64,000 bases of DNA from Gammaproteobacteria bacterium (GTDB lineage Bacteria; Pseudomonadota; Gammaproteobacteria; Eutrophobiales; Eutrophobiaceae), in assembly GCA_965243205.1 (NCBI GenBank), contig CBDEUK010000002.1, forward strand, positions 800,001-864,000, given 5' to 3'. The notes beneath the pieces are model-generated. The model was not told the DNA's origin and did no database searches. It saw nothing but the letters and a program-made list of their open reading frames with translations. Below are positions 40,116 through 50,590 of this stretch, piece after piece; position 1 is the first letter of the stretch; each line of letters starts with the position of its first letter. Both the position numbers and the translations under genes were made by a program.

Positions 40116-40423
40116 TTGCCTTCGCCACAAGAACCTTCACCGTCTTTTTTCTCACCGCATTTACCTTCACCGCAAGAACCTTCACCGTCTTTCTCGCCGC
40201 ATTTACCTTCGCCGCAAGAACCTTCACCGTCTTTCTCGCCGCATTTACCTTCGCCGCAAGAACCTTCACCATGGCCTTCAGCTAGTTGCATATAGCCACC
40301 AGAAAGCTCACTAACTTCAAAAGGGTTTTGTTCAGCATTCGCGATAGGGCTAGCCATTAAAGAAACTGCAAAAGTAGTACCTAGAGCTGCAGCGATTGGG
40401 GTTAATTTTGATTTGTTAGACAT
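40103..40423 (-). CDS. HvfA-like EGKCG-repeat RiPP precursor (106 aa)
   Basis: Start at 40423 with AGGAGGA RBS; Sec signal, NPF...L..GY, then four EGSCG-EGKCG pairs (8 Cys). Confidence 0.92.
   Translation of the reverse strand: MSNKSKLTPIAAALGTTFAVSLMASPIANAEQNPFEVSELSGGYMQLAEGHGEGSCGEGKCGEKDGEGSCGEGKCGEKDGEGSCGEGKCGEKKDGEGSCGEGKCGH
40109..40270 (-). repeat. Coding tandem repeat, ~42-bp unit (GEGSCGEGKCGEKD), 4 copies
   Basis: Units of 42, 42, 45 and 33 (partial) bp. Confidence 0.95.
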
Positions 40424-40685
40424 TGTGTCTATCCTCCTAATATACATCGTTAATAAAAGAAGAAAGTTGTTGTTTAGAACGCCCCTCTCCAGAAAGTTAA
40501 AAAATCTCAATAAAGCTTATTGAAAAATTACAAATCTGTTGACTAATAATTTTTAGCAAAAGTTTCTGTATAGAACAAAAAAAACATTAAATTTGAGTAA
40601 TATTCCTTAATTAAATGCTCTGATAATACTAGCGATGATAAAGACCGTTACACATAGAGAATAATCTGTCTATTTATTAACCAAT

Positions 40686-42170
40686 TTAGCTATTTGAAGG
40701 GCGCATATGTGGAAATAAAATCACATCCCGTATCGTTGGTGAATCCGTTAAAAACATAACCAATCGATCGATTCCTATACCCTCTCCCGCGGTCGGAGGC
40801 ATACCATACTCCAATGCTGTTATATAATCTGAATCATAGTGCATAGCTTCATCATCACCTGCCTCTTTCTCAGCCACTTGCTTTTGAAATCGTTCAGCTT
40901 GATCTTCAGGATCATTTAACTCTGAAAATCCATTTGCGATTTCCCTGCCACCAATAAAAAATTCAAAACGATCGGTTATAAAAGGGTCTTCATTATTCAT
41001 ACGAGCCAATGGAGAAACTTCCGTAGGATATTCTGTAATAAAAGTCGGTTGCATTAATTTGGATTCAACCGTTTTTTCAAAAATTTCTATTTGTATTTTG
41101 CCAAGACCGTAACTATCTTCGATCGGTATCTGTAATCGCTCAGCAACATTTTTAATTGCATCCATTGATTCAAGTTCATCAGTGGATATATCAGGATTAA
41201 AATCCAATATCGATTGTTTTACAGTAATTCGTTGAAATGGTTTAGATAGATCATACTCATCACCTTGATAAGTAATATTGTATTCACCCGTGATCTCTTT
41301 AACCATCTTACGTAATAAATCTTCGGTTAAGCTTATCAAGTCTTCATAATCAGCATAGGCTTGATAAAATTCAATCATAGTAAACTCAGGATTATGCCTT
41401 GGTGATAAACCTTCATTACGAAAGCTACGATTAATTTCAAACACACGTTCTATACCACCGACAACAAGGCGCTTTAGATATAACTCAGGTGCAATACGTA
41501 AATATAAATCCATATCTAATGCATTATGATGCGTTGTGAATGGACGAGCTGTTGCGCCTCCGGGTATCACATGCATCATAGGCGTTTCAACTTCAATAAA
41601 ATCTTCTTGCTTTAAATAACTTCGAATAAAGTCGATTACTTTAGAACGAATACGAAATGTCTTTCGTGTCTCTTCATTCATGATCAAATCAACATATCGT
41701 TGACGATATTTTATTTCTTGATCAGTTAAACCATGATATTTTTCTGGCAAAGGTCGTAATGACTTAGTCAATAACTCAATTGAATCAACAGCAATACTCA
41801 ATTCACCTTTATTCGTTTTCATGACTATGCCAGTTGCGCCAATAATATCCCCAATATCCCATTTCTTAAATTCTTCGTTATAAACACCCTCAGGCAATTC
41901 ATCACGTTTTACATACAGTTGGATTTGCCCTGTCATATCTTGGATATGAGAAAAGGATGCTTTACCCATAATGCGACGACTCATCATACGACCTGCGACA
42001 GCTACTTTAATTTGTAACTGCTCTAGCTCTTCTTTGCTTCTATCTTGATAAGAATTTATCAAATTTTCTGCATAAGAATCACGACGAAAGGTATTGATAT
42101 AAGCTTTACCTTTTTCACGATACGCTTTTAATTGTTCTCTTCTTTGCGTAATTAAATCGTCTTCTGACAT
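40686..42170 (-). CDS. lysS: Lysyl-tRNA synthetase (class II)
   Basis: [32 protein letters not shown]. Confidence 0.98.
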   Translation of the reverse strand: MSEDDLITQRREQLKAYREKGKAYINTFRRDSYAENLINSYQDRSKEELEQLQIKVAVAGRMMSRRIMGKASFSHIQDMTGQIQLYVKRDELPEGVYNEEFKKWDIGDIIGATGIVMKTNKGELSIAVDSIELLTKSLRPLPEKYHGLTDQEIKYRQRYVDLIMNEETRKTFRIRSKVIDFIRSYLKQEDFIEVETPMMHVIPGGATARPFTTHHNALDMDLYLRIAPELYLKRLVVGGIERVFEINRSFRNEGLSPRHNPEFTMIEFYQAYADYEDLISLTEDLLRKMVKEITGEYNITYQGDEYDLSKPFQRITVKQSILDFNPDISTDELESMDAIKNVAERLQIPIEDSYGLGKIQIEIFEKTVESKLMQPTFITEYPTEVSPLARMNNEDPFITDRFEFFIGGREIANGFSELNDPEDQAERFQKQVAEKEAGDDEAMHYDSDYITALEYGMPPTAGEGIGIDRLVMFLTDSPTIRDVILFPHMRPSNS

Positions 42171-42172
42171 TA

Positions 42173-43271
42173 TTAAACTCCAGCTTTTAAGCTTGCTTCT
42201 ATAAATTTATCCAAATCACCATCGAGTACAGCTTGTGTATTACCGGTTTCAATACCAGTGCGTAGATCTTTAATTCTAGATTGATCTAAAACATAAGAGC
42301 GAATTTGGCTACCCCAACCAATATCAGCTTTATTATCTTCCATGTTTTGTTTTTCTTCATTCATCTTTTGAATTTCCAGCTCATATAACTTTGCTCGTAA
42401 CATCTTCATCGCTTGGTCACGGTTTTTATGTTGTGAGCGATCATTTTGACATTGAGCAACAACACCTGTTGGTATATGAGTTAAGCGCACCGCTGAATCG
42501 GTTTTATTCACATGTTGACCACCTGCGCCGCTAGCCCGATAGGTATCGGTTCGAATATCCGCAGGATTGATCTCAATTTCAACATTATCGTCGATTTCAG
42601 GCGATAAAAACACCGAGGCAAAAGAAGTATGGCGACGGTTACCAGAATCAAAAGGTGATTTGCGAACTAGGCGATGAACCCCCGTTTCTGTGCGTAACCA
42701 ACCATAGGCAAACTCGCCTTCAAATTTGATTGTCGCACTTTTTATACCCGCCACATCACCAGGAGATGCTTCGATCAAATCGGTTTTAAAACCATGTTGC
42801 TCTCCCCAGCGCAAATACATCCTTAATAACATTTCTGCCCAATCCTGGGCCTCGGTACCACCCGAACCCGATTGAATATCAAGGTAAGCATTATTTTCAT
42901 CCATCTCACCAGAAAACATGCGACGAAATTCGATTTCTACTAACTGTTTTTCTAGAGTATCGAGATCAGCTTCGATGGAATTTAGAGTGTCCTCGTCATT
43001 ATCTTCTTGTGCCAACTCTAATAGCTCAGCAGCATCCTCTAAACTTGTACCAATAGTATCAAGTCCTTCGACAATTTTTTGTAGTGTAACTCGTTCTTGA
43101 CCTAGTTCTTGGGCTTTATCAGGATTATCCCAAACATCGGGTTGTTCTAGTTCTCGTTGAACTTCAATTAAACGTTCGTGTTTTGCGTCGTAATCAAAGA
43201 TACCCCCTCAACGCAACAACTCGCGCTTGCATATCTTTAATTCGTGAAAGGATTAAGTTTGTCTCTAACAT
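42173..43271 (-). CDS. prfB: Peptide chain release factor 2 with programmed +1 frameshift
   Basis: ATG 43271; internal SD AGGGGG, then TAT CTT TGA T with CTT at codon 25; the +1 frame gives 365 aa with SPF and GGQ motifs. Confidence 0.97.
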
Positions 43272-43347
43272 TTCTAATTATTGTTTTTCAAAAGACGTGA
43301 ATGTTACCTATTGTTTTGTCAGGTAACAACTCTATTCAGAAAGTGCG

Positions 43348-45117
43348 TTAAGCTGATTTTTGAATAGGAAGGTTTATATCAAGATTTGATGATAGTTGAT
43401 TAGAATTGATCCCTATAAAAGAGAGAAGCGCTTCAGCTGGAAGAGGTTTACTGAAAAAATAACCTTGACCTTGTTCACAACCTAATTGTGATAGAAATTT
43501 TAACTGCTCAGCATCTTCAATACCTTCTGCAGTTAAATTTAGACGCAGTGCATGCCCTAAACTTACGATAGCCTTTGTAATTGTTGCATCATCAGGTTCC
43601 GTCATAATATCTTTAATAAAAGAACGATCAATTTTTAACGTATCTAATGGAAATTTTTTCAAATACCCAAGCGAGCAATACCCAGTACCAAAATCATCAA
43701 TTGAAATATGCAAACCCCAAGCTTTTAATTTATTTAGATGATGTATCGTTCGTTCAATATCTTCCATTAATAAAGTTTCTGTTATTTCGACCTCAAACTC
43801 TTCAGGCTTAATATCGTATTTCACCAATGTATCTAAAATAAAATCTACTATATCATCACTACGAAATTGTCTTGGTGATAAGTTGACTGCCAATCTAATT
43901 GGTTTATGACCTAAATCCTTCCATTCTTTTAAATATTGACAGGATTTTTCAATTACCCACTGTCCAATAGGTATGATTAATCCAGTCTCTTCAGCTAACG
44001 GAATAAAATCCATTGGTGAAACCATCCCCATTTCAGGATGGTCCCAACGTAATAAAGCCTCAGCACCAGAAGTTTGCATGGATTGGATATCAAATTTAGG
44101 TTGAAAATATAAAACAAATTCGTCGTTATCAACTGCGCTACGAAGTTTATTTTCTAACACTAAGCGTTTTTCTAAATCTGAGTTAGTTTCATTGGTTGTA
44201 AAATGATAGGTATTTCCTCCTTTAGCTTTTGCAGAATACATAGCAGTATCCGCTTTTTTTAATAATTCACTTATTTTTAAATTATCATTTGGATAGACTG
44301 AAATCCCAATGCTTGGTGTTGTATAAAGTTCTTGTCCATTTATATTACAAGGAGCAGAGAGCGAATTAATAATTTTTTTAGAAACAATTTCAATATCAGG
44401 CAACTGTTCTATATCTTCTAATACAACAACAAACTCATCGCCACCTAAGCGAGCTACCGAATCCTCTTCTCGTACACATTTTTTTAATCTTCCAGCAACT
44501 TCAATTAATAAATTATCACCTACATCATGCCCTAAAGTGTCATTGATTTGTTTAAAACGATCCAAATCAATAAATAATATTGCTATTAATGTTTGCTTAC
44601 GTTTAGCACGTGAAACTGCATGTTCTAATTTTTCACGAAATAATAACCGATTAGCTAAACCGGTTAAACTATCATGATGTGCTAGATACTGCATATTACG
44701 CTCTACACGTTTACGCTCGACAGCATAACGTATAGAACGGTTAATCAAATGAGCGTCGCCAACTCCTTTTAGCAAATAATCTTGTGCTCCCATTTGTACA
44801 GCTTTCAATGAAAAGAGTTCATCATTCTTACTTGTGAGTACCACTATAGGTAAAGACTGATCAATTTGTAATAATCTTTCAATTGCTTCGAAACCATCTG
44901 CATCGGGTAATGTTAAATCCGTTAATACGATGTCATATTTCTGGTGAGTGATTGTTAACGTTGCTTGAAAAAGGTTCTCTACATGATGAACTCGATAATC
45001 AATATCCTCAATGGATTTTAATTCTTCCTGTAAAAACTTCGCATAAGATAAACTATCTTCAATCAGTAATATTTTGATTTGTTCTTTTATGTGATTATTT
45101 ATTTTAATATTTTCCAT
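43348..45117 (-). CDS. Response regulator REC-GGDEF-EAL c-di-GMP enzyme
   Basis: LIED...DLTLPD REC domain; RxxD-GGDEF; EAL, DDFGTG and AEGIE intact. Confidence 0.93.
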   Translation of the reverse strand: MENIKINNHIKEQIKILLIEDSLSYAKFLQEELKSIEDIDYRVHHVENLFQATLTITHQKYDIVLTDLTLPDADGFEAIERLLQIDQSLPIVVLTSKNDELFSLKAVQMGAQDYLLKGVGDAHLINRSIRYAVERKRVERNMQYLAHHDSLTGLANRLLFREKLEHAVSRAKRKQTLIAILFIDLDRFKQINDTLGHDVGDNLLIEVAGRLKKCVREEDSVARLGGDEFVVVLEDIEQLPDIEIVSKKIINSLSAPCNINGQELYTTPSIGISVYPNDNLKISELLKKADTAMYSAKAKGGNTYHFTTNETNSDLEKRLVLENKLRSAVDNDEFVLYFQPKFDIQSMQTSGAEALLRWDHPEMGMVSPMDFIPLAEETGLIIPIGQWVIEKSCQYLKEWKDLGHKPIRLAVNLSPRQFRSDDIVDFILDTLVKYDIKPEEFEVEITETLLMEDIERTIHHLNKLKAWGLHISIDDFGTGYCSLGYLKKFPLDTLKIDRSFIKDIMTEPDDATITKAIVSLGHALRLNLTAEGIEDAEQLKFLSQLGCEQGQGYFFSKPLPAEALLSFIGINSNQLSSNLDINLPIQKSA

Positions 45118-45275
45118 CTTTTATACTACGACCAAATAATTTGCCTATCTGAGGCTACGCAATCAAATTGATGATATTTATTATGGGATATGGAAAACTA
45201 TTTCGGCTGAAATGATAAAAACTTTAACTCAATCAAATACTTTTTAATCTAGTAATTAATACTGTATCTTTCATA

Positions 45276-47021
45276 TTACATAGCATTTTCTGGTCGATTT
45301 ATTAATGGTTCCAAATATTCAACAAATAACTGCAATTTTGTACGCCCATTAAATTCATTGATATCCAAACGATAAGCGACGTGGATACTATCAATATCAT
45401 CAGGCCAATCTTCATCAGTTAAATTAAATGCAATAGCATCAATGACTTGAGTTGTATTTTGAGGTTGTAGATCGAGTTTTAAATGGTTGCCACCAACAAT
45501 CCGTTTCTTAATAATCGAAAAAATTCCATCGAATATTGGCTCAGGAAAACCTTGTCCCCATGGCCCTGCTCGCTCGATTAATTGTGCAAGTTGTAATGAA
45601 AAATCTTTCTCTACTAATTCACCATCAGAATATACAATATTATCCAACTGCCCGGGTTCAATAATCCTGGCTAATTGTTGAGTGAAAAGCCCAGTAAATT
45701 GATCAAAATTATGGTTTTCAATCGTTAAACCCGCGGCCATTGCATGCCCGCCAAATTTACTGATCACTCCTGGATGTTGAGTATCAATGGCCTCTAATAC
45801 ATCTCGAATATGAATACCTGAGATCGAACGGGCAGAACCTTTTAAGGTATTTTCATCTTCACGTGCAAAAGCTATCACAGGACGATGGAAACGCTCTTTA
45901 ATTTTGGATGCTAAAATTCCAACAACACCTTGATGCCATTCTTCATGAAACAAACATAAACCGAAATTATCTTTACTTTCTAATGCTTCAACATCTAAAT
46001 TATCTAACGCTTGAATATGCATTTCATCTTGGATCTTTCTGCGTTCTTGGTTAAGTTGATCCAGCTGCGTAGCTAAACTCTCTGCACGCGAAGGATCATC
46101 CGACAATAAACATTCTATACCCACAGACATATCAGTTAATCTACCCGCTGCATTCAAACGTGGCCCTATCGCAAACCCAAAATCACTGGCTTTTAATTTA
46201 TGTAAAGAACGATTGGAAACTTTGACCAAAGCCTTTATACCTTCACAACAATACCCTTTACGTATTCTTGCTAGGCCTTGTGAAACTAAGATACGGTTAT
46301 TTCTATCTAATGGAACAACATCGGCCACTGTACCTAGAGCAACAAGATCAAGGTATTCAGCAAGGTTAGGTTCTTTTATATTATTTTCGCCAAACCAATT
46401 TAGTTCACGAAGATGCGATCTTAATGCTACAACAACGTTAAACATAACCCCGACACCTGCGAGATTTTTAGAAGCAAATTCATCGCCTGGTTGATTTGGA
46501 TTCACAATCACATTTGCATTCGGTAATTCTGGACCAGCTAAATGATGATCAGTCACTAGTACATCAATCTCTAATGCACGAGCTTTAGCTACACCATCAA
46601 TACTTGAAATACCATTATCAACAGTAATAATTAAATCAGGTTCAAGATCAGCTGCTAATTCAACGATCTCTGGGGTTAAGCCATAACCATACTCAAACCG
46701 ATTAGGAACAATGTATTCAACATTTTTAGCTCCCATTGCAGTTAGAGCCTTAATCGCTAAAGCACAACTGGTTGCACCATCCGCATCAAAGTCGGCAACG
46801 ACTAATAATCGTTGTTGTTTTTGAATCGCCTGAGTTAGTAATTCAACAGCTTGTTGAATATTTAATAAATCTGAAAATGGCAATAGATGTTTTAATGAAT
46901 AATCTAATTCATTTGTATGCGAAATATTTCTTGCTAGAAAAACTCGCTCTAATACAGGATGAAGATTGTCATCCATTAATTCACCATCAGAAACGGTGCG
47001 TTGAATTATTTTTTCAGACAT
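45276..47021 (-). CDS. recJ: ssDNA exonuclease RecJ
   Basis: DFDADG, TVDNG, DHH, GGHAMAAG. Confidence 0.97.
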   Translation of the reverse strand: MSEKIIQRTVSDGELMDDNLHPVLERVFLARNISHTNELDYSLKHLLPFSDLLNIQQAVELLTQAIQKQQRLLVVADFDADGATSCALAIKALTAMGAKNVEYIVPNRFEYGYGLTPEIVELAADLEPDLIITVDNGISSIDGVAKARALEIDVLVTDHHLAGPELPNANVIVNPNQPGDEFASKNLAGVGVMFNVVVALRSHLRELNWFGENNIKEPNLAEYLDLVALGTVADVVPLDRNNRILVSQGLARIRKGYCCEGIKALVKVSNRSLHKLKASDFGFAIGPRLNAAGRLTDMSVGIECLLSDDPSRAESLATQLDQLNQERRKIQDEMHIQALDNLDVEALESKDNFGLCLFHEEWHQGVVGILASKIKERFHRPVIAFAREDENTLKGSARSISGIHIRDVLEAIDTQHPGVISKFGGHAMAAGLTIENHNFDQFTGLFTQQLARIIEPGQLDNIVYSDGELVEKDFSLQLAQLIERAGPWGQGFPEPIFDGIFSIIKKRIVGGNHLKLDLQPQNTTQVIDAIAFNLTDEDWPDDIDSIHVAYRLDINEFNGRTKLQLFVEYLEPLINRPENAM

Positions 47022-47029
47022 ATAAAACG

Positions 47030-48046
47030 TTATTCAAAAAAGCTATGGATAGATTGATTCCAGCGCCAAAACTTCAACCATATGGAATACTCTAATGTGA
47101 TTTCATACTCGTCAGTAATGATATTTAACTGATGAATTTTTTTATTTTTCAGTAACGATAAAACTTTTTCTAACCATTCGGTTTCAATTTTTTTTATTGT
47201 TTCTAACCAACCAACTGGTTCATCATACTGAGTGGATTGTAATGTATCATTTATGATGATTAAATTTTGAGTTTGCTGATTGAAGTCATATCGACTCCAA
47301 AAATCCTTAGCTGGAAAATAATCCATTGATGATAACATTGCCAAACATTCAACCAAATTTTCATTTGAAAAAACTGCAGACCATTTTCTATCCAAACTAC
47401 GCGGTATTTCGCCAGCTCCCCAAAACCATAAACTGTTGATCGGTAATTCACCTCTCTGTTCACGTTGCTGATTTATTTCGCAGTCATGCAATCGCATTTG
47501 AATATCATTAAACAATGATATCCAGCGTGACTCTTCTTCACCAATGGGTAAATGATTGGCTATATCTTTTCCTGATACTCGATGAATATCATGGGTTTTG
47601 ATCGAAGGTTGTTTGTTTAATTTTAAATACCAATGATCATTCTCGGGAATTTCAATTTCAATATTCTGTTCTTTAAACAAATCATTCAAATAACCAGCAA
47701 TAGCAAGAATATCATGGCGAGATAAAGCAAATTGACGTGAATCAAACAATACCAATCCATTGCTTGTAGGTTTAAGATGAACTGGATCCGCATACATCCA
47801 AATCCCTTCGGGCCTTTCATCATCGATTTTTAATCGTGAAATGGCGGCAAAAGGCACTTCATTATTTGAAATATCAAGAGCAAAAAGAGTTGATATGCGC
47901 TCAAGATACGTTAATGGAGTAATCTTTCGTATTGTTCCTAAGTTTAATAGGCTACGTAAAGATTTTAAGTCGGCTAAATCTTCTGCTGTATATTCAGGTA
48001 TAAAATGAAATAACCCTGGAATATAAAGCGTAAGATGATGCATCAA
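47030..48046 (-). CDS. Conserved protein commonly found between thrC and recJ (phosphoglycerate mutase-like)
   Basis: ADPVHL, QMRLH...N..R...G..PINSLWFWG. Confidence 0.75.
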   Translation of the reverse strand: MMHHLTLYIPGLFHFIPEYTAEDLADLKSLRSLLNLGTIRKITPLTYLERISTLFALDISNNEVPFAAISRLKIDDERPEGIWMYADPVHLKPTSNGLVLFDSRQFALSRHDILAIAGYLNDLFKEQNIEIEIPENDHWYLKLNKQPSIKTHDIHRVSGKDIANHLPIGEEESRWISLFNDIQMRLHDCEINQQREQRGELPINSLWFWGAGEIPRSLDRKWSAVFSNENLVECLAMLSSMDYFPAKDFWSRYDFNQQTQNLIIINDTLQSTQYDEPVGWLETIKKIETEWLEKVLSLLKNKKIHQLNIITDEYEITLEYSIWLKFWRWNQSIHSFFE

Positions 48047-48049
48047 TGA

Positions 48050-49192
48050 CTAACTAATATTATCCAATATTGCTTTTTCTACTTCACTCAATGTTGCTTG
48101 AGTCTTGATCACAGGTGCAGTACTTTGTTTTATCGCGGTATCTGGATCTTTCAAACCATGACCAGTCAAAGTACAAACAACTGTACTACCTGCAGGGATT
48201 TTTCCAGATTTAATATCATACAAAGCACCTGCTACAGAGGTTGCAGAGGCAGGTTCACAAAAGACCCCTTCTTTTTCAGCTAACATCTTTTGCGTTTTTA
48301 ATATTTCTTCATCAGAAAACTCATCAAACCAACCACCAGACTCTTTATTCACTATCCAAGCATTATCCCAAGATTGAGGATGACCTATACGAATGGCTGT
48401 TGCGACTGTTTCTGGATTATCGACCATTGCTCCACGCATAAAAGGTGCTGAACCTGCAGCTTGATAACCTACCATTACCGGTCGTTTATCGATAATAACT
48501 TCGTTTGTGAATTCACAATCACCTTGGCACAAGCTACAACCTTCGGAAGTTTTACCACCTTTAGGAGTAGCGTATTCTGAATAACCTAACCAATGGGCTG
48601 TGATGTTACCCGCGTTACCTACAGGCAAACAATGATAATCGGGCGCACGACCTAACTCTTCAATAATTTCAAATGATGCTGTTTTCTGACCTTGTAATCG
48701 ATAAGGGTTAATTGAATTCACAATGGTTACTGGTGCTGTTTCAGCCACTTCTTTGACTAAGCGCATACCATCATCAAAGTTACCTTGAATTTGAATAACC
48801 ACAGCACCTTCCATCATAGCCTGTGCTAATTTACCTTGCGCAATTTTACCATCAGGGATTAATACAAATGCCGTCATCCCAGCACGGGCCGCGTATGCAG
48901 CAGCCGCGGCAGACGTATTACCCGTAGAAGCACAGATGATCGCTTTAGAGTTATCTTCTGCTGCTTTACTAACGGCCATGGTCATACCACGGTCTTTAAA
49001 TGATCCCGTTGGATTTAACCCTTCGTATTTAACATATAACTCTACATCCAGTTCCAATAGGCCAGGAATATTATTTAATCTTATGAGAGGAGTATTACCC
49101 TCACCTAAACTGATCACAGGTGTTTTATCACTTACTGGTAAACGATCACGATAGTGATCAATTAAACCTGTATAGCGTTTACGAAATGTCAT
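48050..49192 (-). CDS. thrC: Threonine synthase
   Basis: NPTGSFKDRG, CASTGNTS, PVGNAGN, TGHGLKDP. Confidence 0.96.
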   Translation of the reverse strand: MTFRKRYTGLIDHYRDRLPVSDKTPVISLGEGNTPLIRLNNIPGLLELDVELYVKYEGLNPTGSFKDRGMTMAVSKAAEDNSKAIICASTGNTSAAAAAYAARAGMTAFVLIPDGKIAQGKLAQAMMEGAVVIQIQGNFDDGMRLVKEVAETAPVTIVNSINPYRLQGQKTASFEIIEELGRAPDYHCLPVGNAGNITAHWLGYSEYATPKGGKTSEGCSLCQGDCEFTNEVIIDKRPVMVGYQAAGSAPFMRGAMVDNPETVATAIRIGHPQSWDNAWIVNKESGGWFDEFSDEEILKTQKMLAEKEGVFCEPASATSVAGALYDIKSGKIPAGSTVVCTLTGHGLKDPDTAIKQSTAPVIKTQATLSEVEKAILDNIS

Positions 49193-50502
49193 TATTGCAA
49201 ACTCTCCACGCGAATCCTCATCACGTCTTTTTTAACTTGTTCTAATGCCTCAATCTTTTTAATGGCATCGTTCATAAATTTTTCTTGTACCGATTGAGTT
49301 AAGATAATAACAGGTACATCTGATTCATCTGCAGCAGCTTCTTTTTGAATAATCGCTTCAATGCTAATGCCTGTATCACCTAAAATTTTAGTGACATCCG
49401 CTAACACGCCAGGCTCATCAGTCACTTGTAAGCGTAAATAGTACGCGGTTTCAACTTCTTCCATATCCAATATAGGGAAATCTGATAAGGCATCAGATTG
49501 GAATGCCAAATGAGGCACATGATTTTCTGGATCGGAAGTCAACGCTCTTACTACATCAATAACGTCAGCAACGACTGCAGAGGCCGTTGGTTCAGCACCT
49601 GCACCAGGGCCATAATATAAGGTAGGTCCAACAGCATCGCCTTTAACGACAACTGCATTCATCACTCCATCAACATTCGCAATCAAACGTCGATGAGGAA
49701 TTAACGTTGGATGAACACGTAATTCAATACCATTATCTGTTTTACGCGTAATACCTAAATGTTTGATGCGGTAACCTAGCTCACCAGCGTAAGTAACATC
49801 TTGTACTTCGATTTTAGTAATACCTTCGGTATACGCCTTATCAAATTGCAAAGGGATACCAAATGCAATAGATCCCATAATGGTTAACTTATGTGCTGCA
49901 TCAATCCCTTCAACATCAAAGGTCGGATCTGCTTCAGCGTAGCCAAGCTCTTGGGCTTCTTTTAATACGTCATCAAAGTCACGCCCCTTGTCACGCATTT
50001 CAGTCAGGATAAAGTTGCCTGTACCATTAATGATTCCTGCAGCCCACAATAATTGATTCGCTGCCAAGCCTTCGCGCATTGCTTTAATGATTGGGATGCC
50101 GCCAGCAACAGCAGCTTCAAAAGCAACCATCACTCCTTTCTTATGTGCAGCTTCAAAGATTTCATTGCCATGAATAGCGATTAGGGCTTTATTAGCAGTC
50201 ACAACATGTTTTCCATTTTCAATCGCGGTCATAACCAATTCTTTTGCAGGTTCATAACCACCGATTAGCTCAACTACGATATCAACATCTGGATCATTAA
50301 CGACAGCGAACAAATCATTGCTTAAGTTAGGAATGCTATCCATGCCATCTGCATCACGATTAATACTTCTAGATGCTGCATGTGAAACTTGAATACCTCG
50401 ACCAGCTCGTCGAGTAATTTCTTCAGCATTACGGTTTAAGACTTGAACGGTTCCACCACCAACAGTTCCTAAACCCAAGACTCCTATATTGACAGGTTTC
50501 AT
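49192..50502 (-). CDS. hom: Homoserine dehydrogenase with ACT domain
   Basis: GLGTVG, TANKA, EAAVAGGIP, GYAEADP; likely start MKPVNIG at 50502. Confidence 0.96.
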   Translation of the reverse strand: MKPVNIGVLGLGTVGGGTVQVLNRNAEEITRRAGRGIQVSHAASRSINRDADGMDSIPNLSNDLFAVVNDPDVDIVVELIGGYEPAKELVMTAIENGKHVVTANKALIAIHGNEIFEAAHKKGVMVAFEAAVAGGIPIIKAMREGLAANQLLWAAGIINGTGNFILTEMRDKGRDFDDVLKEAQELGYAEADPTFDVEGIDAAHKLTIMGSIAFGIPLQFDKAYTEGITKIEVQDVTYAGELGYRIKHLGITRKTDNGIELRVHPTLIPHRRLIANVDGVMNAVVVKGDAVGPTLYYGPGAGAEPTASAVVADVIDVVRALTSDPENHVPHLAFQSDALSDFPILDMEEVETAYYLRLQVTDEPGVLADVTKILGDTGISIEAIIQKEAAADESDVPVIILTQSVQEKFMNDAIKKIEALEQVKKDVMRIRVESLQ

Positions 50503-50548
50503 TATGATTTTTTCTCTAAACAATTATTCTATAAATTTATACGATTCT

Positions 50549-50590
50549 TAAAACGTTATCGAGGCAGTCAGAACAAGGCAAATAGTTTTA
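50549..50590. repeat. Internally deleted copy of a MITE/ERIC-like repeat
   Basis: TAAAACGTTATCGAGGCAGTCAGAACAAGGCAAATAGTTTTA matches both ends of the element at 56472-56607. Confidence 0.75.

Noticed and set aside
40109-40270. Tandem repeats as a possible CRISPR array
   Set aside because: No unique spacers, unit lengths are multiples of 3, they encode the precursor's Cys motifs, and no cas genes are present.
40424-40510. N-terminal extension of the precursor in the ORF track
   Set aside because: A strong AGGAGGA RBS and the signal peptide support the start at 40423.
43016-43271. Apparent truncation or pseudogene of prfB
   Set aside because: Explained by the known programmed +1 frameshift.
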